Source: Nitrospirota bacterium (lineage in GTDB: Bacteria; Nitrospirota; Leptospirillia; Leptospirillales; Leptospirillaceae). From it: DNA of 64,000 nt. Below, piece by piece: positions 10,832-20,821 of this stretch. The DNA lies in contig DAHVAL010000007.1 in NCBI GenBank assembly GCA_027314645.1, forward strand, positions 18,758 to 82,757. The letters run 5' to 3'. The notes under the pieces were generated by a model, which was given only the letters and a program-made list of their open reading frames with translations, was not told where the DNA came from and ran no database searches. The translations under genes were made by a program, and so were the position numbers. The stretch's first letter is position 1, and every line of letters begins with the position of its first letter.

Positions 10832-11614
10832 ATGCTGACCCTTATTGTTCCGACCTACAATGAGGGAAAAAATACCGAGGCGCTTGTTTCGGCCGTCAGC
10901 GAATTTCTCCTTGGCTCCGGGAACAGGACATTCGAAATTCTCTTTATCGACGACAGCACGGACGACACCCCCCTCCTCCTGGAACACCTCTCCAAGGAGA
11001 GTCCGCATGTCCGGTATCTTCACCGGCAAGGAGAGCGTGGGCTCGGATCGGCGATTGTTCGGGGGTTCAAAGAGGCCCGAGGATCGGTGCTCGCTGTCAT
11101 GGACGGAGACCTGCAACATCCCCCTGCGCTCCTTCCGGCCATGCTTGCCCAAATCGAGAAGGGCGCGGACCTTGTGATTCCGTCGCGTTTTATTCCCGGA
11201 GGAAACGACGGGGGACTGACCCCATCCAGAAAAATCGTCTCCCTTGTCGCCCGGTCCATCGCACGCCTGATGTTTTCGCGTATCCGCCCCACCTCTGACC
11301 CGACCAGCGGGGTCTTCATGATGCGGAGAGACGTGATCGACGGCATCCGCTTCGATGCGGGGAGCTGGAAAGTCCTGGTCGAGATCTTGGTCCTCGGATG
11401 TTACGGACCCGTGGTCGAGCTCCCTTACCGCTTCCGGGCCCGCGATCTTGGAAGCTCGAAGATGTCGTTTAAGGCCCAGTGGGAGTACCTTCGCCATCTT
11501 CTTCGGCTCCGAAGCGGGAGAGGTCCGGGAAATCGGGAACGTCCCTGCCAAAAGACCCCCTCCTTCACGCGCCGGACCGCGAACGATCTCAAGGGCTTCC
11601 CGGCTCTTGATTGA
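10832..11614 (+). CDS. Family 2 glycosyltransferase, polyprenol-phosphate mannosyl/glucosyl-transferase (Dpm1)-like
   Basis: ATG 10832 in track ORF 10694..11614. Motifs LTLIVPTYNEGKN, FEILFIDDSTDDT and VMDGDLQHPP. Confidence 0.8.
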   Translation: MLTLIVPTYNEGKNTEALVSAVSEFLLGSGNRTFEILFIDDSTDDTPLLLEHLSKESPHVRYLHRQGERGLGSAIVRGFKEARGSVLAVMDGDLQHPPALLPAMLAQIEKGADLVIPSRFIPGGNDGGLTPSRKIVSLVARSIARLMFSRIRPTSDPTSGVFMMRRDVIDGIRFDAGSWKVLVEILVLGCYGPVVELPYRFRARDLGSSKMSFKAQWEYLRHLLRLRSGRGPGNRERPCQKTPSFTRRTANDLKGFPALD

Positions 11615-11783
11615 AGGCCTTGGGACAACCATGATTTCCCAGGATTTCATCATTTTAATTTAATGATTAATCCCGTGCGGTTGCCGATCCGGCCTCCGAT
11701 ATGTACACTGATAGATAGTTGGGATCTCCTTCGGAGAAAACTTCGCCCCTTTTTATTCACCATCATCATTTTCGGAGTGTGCC

Positions 11784-12446
11784 TTGACTCAGCCCTCTCG
11801 CTCTTCCTCCCGATGGCCCCTTGTGGCGGTCCTCTTGATCGTCGGAACCTTCGCTGTCTATGTGACCCATATCAAGAAGACGGAGAAGGAATCGTTCATG
11901 CCCCCGTCTCCTCCACCGGTCCCGGCCACCCAGGCCCCCCTCCCATCGGGAGCGTCCGGTTCCACCCAAACGGCGGAGGGAGGACCTGCGTCCCTCATTC
12001 CAGGGCCTGGAACCTTCTATCCCTCCCAAGGGCATGCCCACTGGGAGGAGGACCGCCTGAAAACCTTTGCATACAACAGCAACCCTCCCACCTCGGGACC
12101 GCACGAAGAAGTCTTCGCCGATGGGTACCTTTCCACGAAGCCTCTTTCCAAGGCGATCCAGGTCCATCTTCTGGAACACGGGAATGTTCTGATTCAGTAC
12201 CACTGCACCTGTCCGTCCCTTGTGAAAAAGCTGTCCGACCTTTCCCGCTCCTTCGACACCTACAATCCCCAGATGGCGATGGAAATGGGCAAGGCCGTCC
12301 TGATCGCCCCGAATCCGACGATCGGCAAGAACAAGATTGCGCTGACCGCCTGGACCCGTCTTGAGATCCTGCCCCGTTACAACGACCAAGCCATCAAGGC
12401 CTTCATTACCGCGTGGCTTGGAAACGAAAGAAACAGCCGCCAATAG
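11784..12446 (+). CDS. Membrane-anchored DUF3105-like protein
   Basis: TTG start. N-terminal TM segment WPLVAVLLIVGTFAVYV. NPPTSGPHEE...VHLLEHGNVLIQYHCTCPS resembles the DUF3105 core. Confidence 0.55.
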   Translation: MTQPSRSSSRWPLVAVLLIVGTFAVYVTHIKKTEKESFMPPSPPPVPATQAPLPSGASGSTQTAEGGPASLIPGPGTFYPSQGHAHWEEDRLKTFAYNSNPPTSGPHEEVFADGYLSTKPLSKAIQVHLLEHGNVLIQYHCTCPSLVKKLSDLSRSFDTYNPQMAMEMGKAVLIAPNPTIGKNKIALTAWTRLEILPRYNDQAIKAFITAWLGNERNSRQ

Positions 12447-12587
12447 GCATTTTTTCCGGGACGGCCATCAAGAATCCCTTCCATGGACCTCGTCCGGGAA
12501 GAATGCTAAACTGATTTCATTTAGAACACGCTTGCCCGTCTTCTCACGCACTTCAACGCCCGCACATTAACGAGGACCTTCCGGAAT

Positions 12588-15500
12588 ATGTGGCTCGTAC
12601 GCATCGCCATGAAACGGCCATACACGATCTTCGTGCTTTCGGCCGTGATTTTCATTGCAGGCACGCTGTCCTTCTTCCGGATGAAGCTTGACATCTTTCC
12701 GGTCATCGACATTCCGGTGGTCAACGTGGTCTGGAATTATCCGGGGCTTTCCGCGCTCGACATGGAAGAACGGATCGTCCTGATCGCAGAACGCGCCTAT
12801 TCCACCACCGTGAACGGGATCAGCAGAATCGAGTCCGAATCGATCAATGGAACGGGGCTGATCAAAGTCTATTTCCATCAGGGGCAACGTATCGGCGCCG
12901 CCATCGCCCAGATCAACGCCGTCTCCGAGACCCTTCTCCGGATCGCCCCTCCGGGAACTGTCCCGCCCAACATCATTCAGTACAACGCCACCAACGTCCC
13001 GATCGCGGAACTTGAAGTCGGGAGCAAGACCGTTTCCGAACAGAAGCTCTACGATTATGGATTGAACTTCATTCGGGTCCGTCTCTTCACCATTCCGGGA
13101 CTGTCGACCCCCGCTCCCTTCGGGGGAAAAATGCGGCAGGTGATGGTCGACATCAACCCAGACGAACTCTATGGCTACAGCCTTTCCCCGAACGACATCG
13201 TCCAGACCCTGACGAACTCCAATATCATCGTCCCTGCCGGAACCGCCAAAATCGGAAATCAGGAAATCGACATCATGATCAACGGGAGTCCCTCGACCCT
13301 CAAGGGCCTGGGGGACCTTCCCGTGCGCTCCATCCAGGGCCGGATCGTCCGCCTGAAGGACGTGGCCACCGTGCATGACGGGTATGCCGTCCAGGAAAAT
13401 ATCGTTCGCGTGGACGGGCACAGGTCCACCTATCTCGCGATTTACAAACACTCCGATGCCTCGACCCTCGATATTATTTCGAAAGTGCGCGCCCTCCTTC
13501 CCATGATCCAAGAATTCTCCCCCCCGGGAATCCATTTGAAGCTTGTTTTTGATCAGTCGGTGTTCGTCAAGAACGCCCTCCTCGACGTCTTGAAGGAAGC
13601 GGGAATCGGGACAGTGCTCGTCTCGATCATGATCTATCTGTTCCTTCGGGATCTCCGTTCGTCCTTCATTGTGTTCTTGTCCATTCCGCTTTCGATATTC
13701 ACGGCCCTTTTCTTTCTGAAGCTGCTCCACCAGTCCCTCAATATCATGACTTTGGGAGGCCTGGCCCTGGCGATCGGAATGCTCGTGGACGATGCCACGG
13801 TCGCGATCGAAAATATCGAACGGAACCGGGCCCTCTCGTCCGAACCCATGAAGGCCGTGTGGGACGGAGCGAATCAGGTGGCCGTCCCCGCCTTCGTGGG
13901 CACCATGGCCATCATCATCGTTTTTTTCCCGGTGATCCTTCTGCGGGGGGTGTCCCAGTTTCTCTATACGCCCCTGGCGTTCGCCGTGGTCTTTGCGATG
14001 CTCGCCTCCTACATTCTGTCCCGCACGATGGTCGTGACCCTCTCCATGATGCTTCACAAAGGGTCCGCCCAGCACTCCCCCGCAGAGGAACCGTCCTTGT
14101 TCCTCCGCTGGTTCGATCTCCTTCGGGACCGCTACCAGCGCCTTTTGTCCCAAGCCGTCGCCCAACCCAGAAAAACGATGGGACTCTCGATAGCCGTCAT
14201 TCTGCTCTTTCTCCTGCTCCTCTTCAGGGTCGGGCTCAACTTTTTTCCCCAAACCGATGCCGGCCTTCTGGCCCTTCATATGCGGGCCCCCATCGGAACG
14301 CGCATAGAAGTCACGGACAACTATGCCAAAAAAGTGGAAGCCGCAATCCGGACGATCATCCCCCCAAAAGAGCTCGACTCGATCGATGTCAATCTCGGCC
14401 TTCCGGTGTACTACAATCTGGCCTTCTATCAGACCGACAGTATCGGCCCCGGAGACGGCGACTTTCTGATTTCGCTCAAGGACCCCCACAAATCCGTGTT
14501 CAAATATCAGAAAAAAATGCGGGAGGTGCTGCGGCAGCAATTTCCCGAACTCACCTTCTGGTTCAAGCCCCCGGACATCATCAGCCAGGTTCTGGACTTC
14601 GGACTGTCCGCGCCGATCGACATCCAGGTCGAAGGGCGCGACCTCGAGACCTCCGACCGGATCGCCCGCCGGATCCGGCAGATCGTCCGGGATGTCCCTG
14701 GGGCGGTCGATGTCGCCATTCCCCAGGTCCTGCACTATCCGGCCGTGTTCGTGAGAACGAACCGGGACTATGCGATCCAGGTGGGGATGACCCAGAACGA
14801 CGTGGCCACCAATCTTCTGGTGGCGCTTGCCTCAAGCTCGCTGATCAATCCAAACTATTGGGTCAACCCCAAAAATACCGTCAATTATATCGTCGCAGTC
14901 CAGACGCCGACCCCCAAAATCGCCAGCATGAGCGAACTGGCCCACTTGCCCCTGAGACCGGCAAGCACCTCGGTTTCGAATCTCATGTCCATGCTCCAGA
15001 CCCCTCCGCAACCCAGCATCCAGTACCTCTCCAATATCGCCGATATCCACATGGGCACCGTCCCCGGATCCATTACCCATTACACGGTCCAAAGGGTGGA
15101 GGATGTCCTCGTCAATACCCAGGACCGCTCCCTCGGATCGGTCTATGGCAACATCCGTCAAGCCCTTCATGGATTCGTGCCTCCTCCGGGGATCGTCCTG
15201 CGCTTTCGGGGGCAAAGCGCCGAGATGTTCGACTCCTTCCGCCATTTCGGTCTGGGTCTTCTCCTGGCCGCAGTGCTCGTTTATCTTCTTCTCGTCATGA
15301 ACTTTCAATCCTTCCTCGATCCGTTCATCATCCTGATGAGCGTTCCCGCAGGATTGTCGGGGGTGGCCCTGGCCCTTTTCGCGACCCATACGACCCTCAA
15401 CGTCGAATCGGCCATGGGAGCGATCATGGTGGTCGGGGTGGCAACGGCAAACAGCATCCTCGTCGTGACCTTCGCCAATGACTTGAGGGGGGAAGGGCTT

Positions 15501-15779
15501 TCGGCGCCCGAAGCGGCGGTCCGGGCCGGGGCCACCCGACTGCGGCCGGTGTTGATGACCGCTACGGCCATGATCCTCGGGATGCTCCCCATGGCGCTCA
15601 GTCTGGGGACCGGGGGGGAGCAGAATGCCCCGTTGGGTCGGGCGGTGATCGGAGGGCTCATGATCGGAACGGTGTCCACCCTCTTCCTGGTCCCGACTCT
15701 TTACAGCGTGCTTAGAAAACGGATGCCGAACCGCTTCCGGTTCGATGAAGTCTTCAAATCCGCCCTGGGACACGATTAG
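12588..15779 (+). CDS. RND efflux transporter permease (AcrB/CzcA superfamily)
   Basis: 1063 aa with a 12-TM/two-loop RND layout. N-terminal WLVRIAMKRPYTIFVLSAVIFIAG. Motif GLALAIGMLVDDATVAIENIER. The C-terminal half repeats the fold. Confidence 0.9.
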   Translation: MWLVRIAMKRPYTIFVLSAVIFIAGTLSFFRMKLDIFPVIDIPVVNVVWNYPGLSALDMEERIVLIAERAYSTTVNGISRIESESINGTGLIKVYFHQGQRIGAAIAQINAVSETLLRIAPPGTVPPNIIQYNATNVPIAELEVGSKTVSEQKLYDYGLNFIRVRLFTIPGLSTPAPFGGKMRQVMVDINPDELYGYSLSPNDIVQTLTNSNIIVPAGTAKIGNQEIDIMINGSPSTLKGLGDLPVRSIQGRIVRLKDVATVHDGYAVQENIVRVDGHRSTYLAIYKHSDASTLDIISKVRALLPMIQEFSPPGIHLKLVFDQSVFVKNALLDVLKEAGIGTVLVSIMIYLFLRDLRSSFIVFLSIPLSIFTALFFLKLLHQSLNIMTLGGLALAIGMLVDDATVAIENIERNRALSSEPMKAVWDGANQVAVPAFVGTMAIIIVFFPVILLRGVSQFLYTPLAFAVVFAMLASYILSRTMVVTLSMMLHKGSAQHSPAEEPSLFLRWFDLLRDRYQRLLSQAVAQPRKTMGLSIAVILLFLLLLFRVGLNFFPQTDAGLLALHMRAPIGTRIEVTDNYAKKVEAAIRTIIPPKELDSIDVNLGLPVYYNLAFYQTDSIGPGDGDFLISLKDPHKSVFKYQKKMREVLRQQFPELTFWFKPPDIISQVLDFGLSAPIDIQVEGRDLETSDRIARRIRQIVRDVPGAVDVAIPQVLHYPAVFVRTNRDYAIQVGMTQNDVATNLLVALASSSLINPNYWVNPKNTVNYIVAVQTPTPKIASMSELAHLPLRPASTSVSNLMSMLQTPPQPSIQYLSNIADIHMGTVPGSITHYTVQRVEDVLVNTQDRSLGSVYGNIRQALHGFVPPPGIVLRFRGQSAEMFDSFRHFGLGLLLAAVLVYLLLVMNFQSFLDPFIILMSVPAGLSGVALALFATHTTLNVESAMGAIMVVGVATANSILVVTFANDLRGEGLSAPEAAVRAGATRLRPVLMTATAMILGMLPMALSLGTGGEQNAPLGRAVIGGLMIGTVSTLFLVPTLYSVLRKRMPNRFRFDEVFKSALGHD

Positions 15780-15838
15780 GGCCCCAGGAGCCCCGAGAGG
15801 CCTTTTGAGGCGTCTTATCCGGGATTTCTGATCCCGAT

Positions 15839-17290
15839 TCAGACATCGATCACCGCCCCGATGGAGGGATTTTTCCGAAGGGTTTTGAGGTTTCCTTGAA
15901 TTTGCATGAGAAATCGATCGATTGATTCCGGGTCGGGCTCCTTCCAACGGGTGTAGGCGACCAGGATCTTTTTGAACCAGGGCTTCTCCAGAACCCCCAA
16001 ATCCCCCTTCACATAATTCGTTCCGAACCCCTTGCTGATCTTCCGGACGAGGGCTCCCGTCTGTTCCGCCATTCTCCCGGAAACGACGAGATGGAAGAAA
16101 CAGGGGCGCTCCCCGAACACGTCCATGGAAGGGTCCATGACCCTTCCGACCTCCTTCACGATGAACGCCTTGATCTGGGAGGATTCCCGATCCTCCCGTT
16201 CCAGGATCGTCCTGAGGTCCGGCGTATCAAAAAAGAAGGAAATGACCCCCACCGATTTCGCCGCATTCAGAGGGAACCGGTCCTGGGACGCCTCGAAAAG
16301 GACCTCCTTCATGAGGGAGAGGGACCGAAGGCCGGAAGGATCGGTGTGATCCCGGGAACTCCGAGGGGAGGAAAGGGCATCCACCACCATCGCCATTGGC
16401 TGTCGCCCGCCATCAGAGATGGGAATGATGATCCGCGTTCTGATCTCGTCGTCTCCAAGCGACACTTCCGTCGCCTCTTCCCTGACCTCTCCTTCAAAAG
16501 ATATCTCCCCGAAGGTCCGGAATCTCCCCCCCTCATCCTCGGTCACTTCATCCACGATTTCCCAGACCTTTCCTCCCTTTCGCCGTTTGATGAGCTGAGC
16601 CCGGATCCGAACGAAGGCCTTCCCTCGGCTGATCGTCTCTTTCATGAGCGCGAGAATGTCTTTTCGGGAGTCTTGATCTTTGGCCCACGTGACTCCAAGT
16701 CTTCGAAATTCGGCCATCCTGTCGGCTTTTTTTTGTGTCTCCTTGAACGGCCGCCGCGAAGCGCGGAACGCCCCAAAGAGGGCGAGGGCCCCGAATAATA
16801 TCAGGACGAGGAGGATGGCTATCCATGTTTTTGTGGAAATTGAGCGATTCGAAGGTTCAGGCGGCTCCTTTTCCCCCACGGTGGGGAGACGGGCGGAATC
16901 GGGAGGGGGAACGCCTGAGAGAAGTCGCTCGACGTCCCGGATGGTCGACGCGGAGGACGGCGACTTCCCCGCAGGAAGGGCTCGTATCTTCGCAAGCGGG
17001 GACTCAAGGGTATGAAGCCTCTGGTGAAAAAGGCGCTCCTGGCTCTCCCCGAGCCCCTTCCCGCATGCGGCCCAGGCCCTTTCCCGTTGGTCAAATTGAG
17101 TGAGAAGGAAGTCGAGGCGATCGTAATTGAAGGAGGAAGAGTGTCGGGAGAGGGCGAGGAACCGCCGGATCTTTTGGATCGATCGCGTAAGCTTGTCTCC
17201 CGCATCCGGGGGGCAGGATGCGGCCACATTCCCCACGTGACCGGACAAAATGAGGAGGGCTGATCCAACCAGCAACCCTAGAACGCGCAT
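15839..17290 (-). CDS. Hypothetical bitopic membrane protein: signal peptide, helical periplasmic domain, one TM, and a roughly 300-aa cytoplasmic domain of unknown family
   Basis: Long ORF with protein-like composition. Signal-like MRVLGLLVGSALLILSG and TM WIAILLVLILFGALALFGAF. I recognise no catalytic motif. Start is ATG 17290 or GTG 17296. Confidence 0.6.
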   Translation of the reverse strand: MRVLGLLVGSALLILSGHVGNVAASCPPDAGDKLTRSIQKIRRFLALSRHSSSFNYDRLDFLLTQFDQRERAWAACGKGLGESQERLFHQRLHTLESPLAKIRALPAGKSPSSASTIRDVERLLSGVPPPDSARLPTVGEKEPPEPSNRSISTKTWIAILLVLILFGALALFGAFRASRRPFKETQKKADRMAEFRRLGVTWAKDQDSRKDILALMKETISRGKAFVRIRAQLIKRRKGGKVWEIVDEVTEDEGGRFRTFGEISFEGEVREEATEVSLGDDEIRTRIIIPISDGGRQPMAMVVDALSSPRSSRDHTDPSGLRSLSLMKEVLFEASQDRFPLNAAKSVGVISFFFDTPDLRTILEREDRESSQIKAFIVKEVGRVMDPSMDVFGERPCFFHLVVSGRMAEQTGALVRKISKGFGTNYVKGDLGVLEKPWFKKILVAYTRWKEPDPESIDRFLMQIQGNLKTLRKNPSIGAVIDV

Positions 17291-17359
17291 CGTCACCCGG
17301 ATCTTGGGGCCAAAAAGACGGGTGTCCGAACCCCTGTGTGCAGGACCAGGGAATCACGG

Positions 17360-19027
17360 TCATCCGGGCCCGGAAAAGCTCTCCGCCAGTAGCTCGAGTT
17401 CCTCAGGCGTCCCCTTGTCGAGAACGGACACCCACGACAGTCCAGTCCGCTCGACGAAGGAACGGAAGTCCTCTCCATTGTGGCAGGCGCTTTCATAGAA
17501 GGCAAGAAGCCTGGAAAGAAAGGGGGCGACCTGATCCTTTTGAAGCTTGACGCCCGTGCGCCGATTGACCGAAAGCTCCCCGCTCATCGAGCCTCCCAGG
17601 AGAAGCTCAAACCCGTCCTCCGCTCCATGGTCGCCGTTCTTTCCCTGAATCCCGGACAGTCCGATATCGGCGATTCTCATCTGACCGCAATCGTTCGGAC
17701 ACCCGGAAAGGTGGATGTAGGGAACGGACGGAAGATCCGGAAACCGCTTTGACAGGGATTGGGACAGCGTGTGGCCCAGATCCTTCGTCTCGGCAATGGC
17801 GAGTCGGCAGAAGGCTTTTCCCGTGCAGGAAATCGTCCTCGCGTCGAAATCGGGCTTGATCGAAAGTTCCCCCATTTCCGCGGATTCAAGGAACGGCTCG
17901 AGCCGTTCGAGGGAAATCCCCGGAAGGATAATATTTTGCTGGGAGGTAAGCCGGACTTCGCCCCGGCCGAACCTTTGGGCAAGTTCCGCGATCTTGGAGA
18001 TCCTGTCCGGATCGAGAGCCCCTTGGGCCACGGACAGCCCGGCATAGAAGCGTCCGTCGGCCTGGCTTTGAATGCCCAGGTGGTCGCGTCCGGACCGTCC
18101 GATAAAGGAATTCGGGACAACGGGATCGAGGGGGGAAAGCGAATATCCGAGGAGCCGTTCAAGTTCGGCCGTAAAGGATGCGGCCGTCCATCCGTGCTCC
18201 AGGAAAAGGAATTTGAGCCGCGCCCTCTCCCGGCTCTGGCGAAGCTCCTCCCGGTCCCGGAACAGGGAGGCGATGGCGACGAGCGCAGGGACCGCCTGAT
18301 CCGGGGAGAAAAACCGGGGAAGAAGGAGGGAGAGATGGGGACGGGTGGCCAGCCCCCCACCGACTCTGAACGCAAACCCTTCTCCATGCTCGGGATGGGT
18401 GACCGGGAGAAGGCCCACATCATTAATTTCGGGATAGGTGCACCCCAAGGAGCACCCGGAAAAGCTGATCTTGAATTTCCGGGGAAGGTTGTAAAAGGCC
18501 GGATTCCCGTTCAGCTCCGCATTGGCTTTGGCGAGAATCTCCCGATCGATCGCGCGCTCCTCGTCGATGAGATCGGCCACCGGACAGGAGGTCATGTTCC
18601 GGGTATCATCTCCGCACGCGCCCTGGGTGGTGAGCCCCGCCTCCCGGAGACCGTCGAAAAGGGGCCGGAGATCTTCGGCCCGGACCCAATGGAGCTGAAT
18701 GTTCTGCCGGACCGTGATGTCGGCGGTCCCCCGGGCGAACCAGAAAGAGAGATTCCCTATGGTGGCGAGCTGGGAGGAGGTCAGGCTCCCCCCCGGAATC
18801 CGGATGCGCACCATAAAATACTCGCTCCCTCCCCCCCGGACTCCCGATCCATCCCCTTGGGGATAGATGCCCCACCACCGGGTCCGGACATCGAGATCCT
18901 CCCGGGCCATCCCCTCGAAGCCCCGGTCCGCGCCGGACAGGATCGCATCGAGAGACTCCCAGGGATTCAAAGACCCCTTGATCCGTTCATGACGGGCCGT
19001 TTTTGACTCCACGATCGGGTTGTCCAT
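17360..19027 (-). CDS. Ferredoxin-dependent sulfite/nitrite reductase (siroheme / 4Fe-4S hemoprotein)
   Basis: Cluster/siroheme Cys motifs SCTGKAFCRLA and LSGCPNDCGQ. Duplicated NiR/SiR ferredoxin-like half-domains. ATG 19027 has GGAG 5 nt upstream; the track start is GTG 19033. Confidence 0.88.
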   Translation of the reverse strand: MDNPIVESKTARHERIKGSLNPWESLDAILSGADRGFEGMAREDLDVRTRWWGIYPQGDGSGVRGGGSEYFMVRIRIPGGSLTSSQLATIGNLSFWFARGTADITVRQNIQLHWVRAEDLRPLFDGLREAGLTTQGACGDDTRNMTSCPVADLIDEERAIDREILAKANAELNGNPAFYNLPRKFKISFSGCSLGCTYPEINDVGLLPVTHPEHGEGFAFRVGGGLATRPHLSLLLPRFFSPDQAVPALVAIASLFRDREELRQSRERARLKFLFLEHGWTAASFTAELERLLGYSLSPLDPVVPNSFIGRSGRDHLGIQSQADGRFYAGLSVAQGALDPDRISKIAELAQRFGRGEVRLTSQQNIILPGISLERLEPFLESAEMGELSIKPDFDARTISCTGKAFCRLAIAETKDLGHTLSQSLSKRFPDLPSVPYIHLSGCPNDCGQMRIADIGLSGIQGKNGDHGAEDGFELLLGGSMSGELSVNRRTGVKLQKDQVAPFLSRLLAFYESACHNGEDFRSFVERTGLSWVSVLDKGTPEELELLAESFSGPG

Positions 19028-19179
19028 GAGCACTCCAGATTTTCATAAAGGTTATAAAGATAATAATCTAATAACATATTTAATTGATAAGGTCAAGGGA
19101 GCCTGGGAGAGATCATGAGAAGCAGGAAATCCAAAGGTATGAAATGTAGGGATTTGAACGTGGAGGAGAGGCCTCTTTC

Positions 19180-19208
19180 TTGACTTTTGGAGCCCTTTTT
19201 AGGATAGT
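19180..19208 (+). promoter_or_regulatory. Candidate sigma70-type promoter for the lipoprotein array (TTGACT-N17-GATAGT)
   Basis: TTGACT at 19180-19185, a 17-nt spacer, and GATAGT at 19203-19208. It lies in an AT-rich divergent intergenic region about 80 nt upstream of ATG 19286. Confidence 0.25.
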
Positions 19209-19285
19209 TGAGGAACAAACTTATCGAATTTAACATCTTTCGGAAGTATTAGCGGAGTCAAAGGATTCGGGTGTTTAGGAGTATT

Positions 19286-20656
19286 ATGGCGAGAGTTCGC
19301 CACACGTATAGCCACTGGTGGCGGAGTCCGACCCATGCGATTTTTACGCGGTCCCGCTCCTGGTTTCGCAAGGCGTCCGGTTCGAAGCTCTCCTCCCTCT
19401 TTCCCCTTCTCTTTTTGGCGTTCTTGACCTCCTGCGGCAATCCTTCCTCGAATTCGGACAATCTCAACTTCCCTTTCGGACTCGCCGTCTGTTCCTATAC
19501 CTGCAATGTCGCTCCATCCACCTCTCCTCCCACCATCTCGAAAGCCTTTGCCGCCGTCACAAGCTACGGGACGCATCAGATCCTCATCTTCTATAACCCC
19601 GGGAGCACGACGAACCCGTACGGATTCAATCTCAACAACACCTCCCTCGCTCCAACCACCAGCCTGTACAATTCGCTGCAGGGACCCGACGGGCTCCTGA
19701 TTTCTTCCCAGGGATTCACAACATCGAACGGATTTAGCTGTGCCGCTCCCGTTCTTTACGGGGCCGACGGCATCGGAAACAAAATCGCGATCTGGTGCGG
19801 CTACGACCCTTCGAACACCAACAACCCGGGACCGACGATCACCATCAACTCCACGTCCTTGGTCTCTCCCGAGGGAATGGCCCTGGACTGGGTCGACTCC
19901 TCTGGCACGCTATTGTCCCCTCTGGCCCCGATCCTTTTCGTCGCAAATCCCGGAGCTTCAAACATCCTGGCGTTCGACCTCCGGCAGATCACGGGGGCGG
20001 GGACTTCCAACATTAGCCCGTCGGGGGGACTCCTTTCGGGAACCTCCGGAGGGCTTCCGTTCGGATTGCCGGCCAACAATACCTCCCTGAATGGCCCGGC
20101 CTTTGTCGCATTTTCGAACTCCCAAAACACGCTCTTTGTCTCCAATACGGGAAACAGCCAGGTCAACATCTACGGGAACGGATACTGTCTGGGGGTCAAC
20201 CTCGAGCCCCAGTCGACCACCGGGTGCGCCTCCACCAGCCAAAACGTGCCCCCGACCACCTGGTTGAGCGGCTCCAACACCTTCCTCTCGAACCCGGTCG
20301 GTCTGGTCTACTATCAAGGATCCCTGTACGTCGCCGACTATACGGCCAACGCTGTCCTGATCTGGGACAATGTGATAAGCACCGCCTCTAACGTAACGCC
20401 GACGCGACGCATCTACGGGCCCAATACGACCTTCGCCGGCGTGTACGCCATCTCGATCGACGACAATCCCGCAGCTCCACCGGGGAATACGTTCTTTTTG
20501 AGCCAGATCAACATCGGAAATCTATTAGGATACAATAACGCCACGACGTCATCGGGAAATATCGCGCCGACATTTAACATCAATGTCATCAATCCAACCC
20601 TGAGTAATGGATTCGGGAGCGGAGGAGGAACCACCGGGTATCCCGGGTTCTTCTAA
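19286..20656 (+). CDS. Putative lipoprotein with NHL-like beta-propeller repeats (unknown function)
   Basis: AGGAG lies 4 nt before ATG 19286. Lipobox LAFLTSC. Repeats of NHL type include LSNPVGLVYYQGSLYVADYTANAVLIWD, LNGPAFVAFSNSQNTLFVSNTGNSQVNIY and ILFVANPGASNILAFD. Composition is S/T/N/G-rich. Confidence 0.7.
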   Translation: MARVRHTYSHWWRSPTHAIFTRSRSWFRKASGSKLSSLFPLLFLAFLTSCGNPSSNSDNLNFPFGLAVCSYTCNVAPSTSPPTISKAFAAVTSYGTHQILIFYNPGSTTNPYGFNLNNTSLAPTTSLYNSLQGPDGLLISSQGFTTSNGFSCAAPVLYGADGIGNKIAIWCGYDPSNTNNPGPTITINSTSLVSPEGMALDWVDSSGTLLSPLAPILFVANPGASNILAFDLRQITGAGTSNISPSGGLLSGTSGGLPFGLPANNTSLNGPAFVAFSNSQNTLFVSNTGNSQVNIYGNGYCLGVNLEPQSTTGCASTSQNVPPTTWLSGSNTFLSNPVGLVYYQGSLYVADYTANAVLIWDNVISTASNVTPTRRIYGPNTTFAGVYAISIDDNPAAPPGNTFFLSQINIGNLLGYNNATTSSGNIAPTFNINVINPTLSNGFGSGGGTTGYPGFF

Positions 20657-20821
20657 AATTCCCCCAAAGGCAGGATCGTAAGGCGGCAATGTGAATGAAT
20701 CGAACGAAGAAGTTTAGCCAGTGGCTCCCATGGACGCTTGGATCCCGATCGATCGGAAATTCCGGCAGACGGCCAGGTGCCACCGTTCGTCAAAAACCCT
20801 ACGAGAAGATATGAGGATGCT

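Noticed and set aside
12567-14735. 722-aa ORF on the minus strand, the longest non-annotated ORF in the track
   Set aside because: It lies entirely antisense to the RND permease gene, whose + strand product has unmistakable AcrB-type motifs. Its translation is a low-complexity G/R/D/H/P-rich string with no motifs. This is a typical shadow ORF of GC-rich coding DNA. The same reasoning applies to 13859..15481 (+) and 14832..15947 (-).
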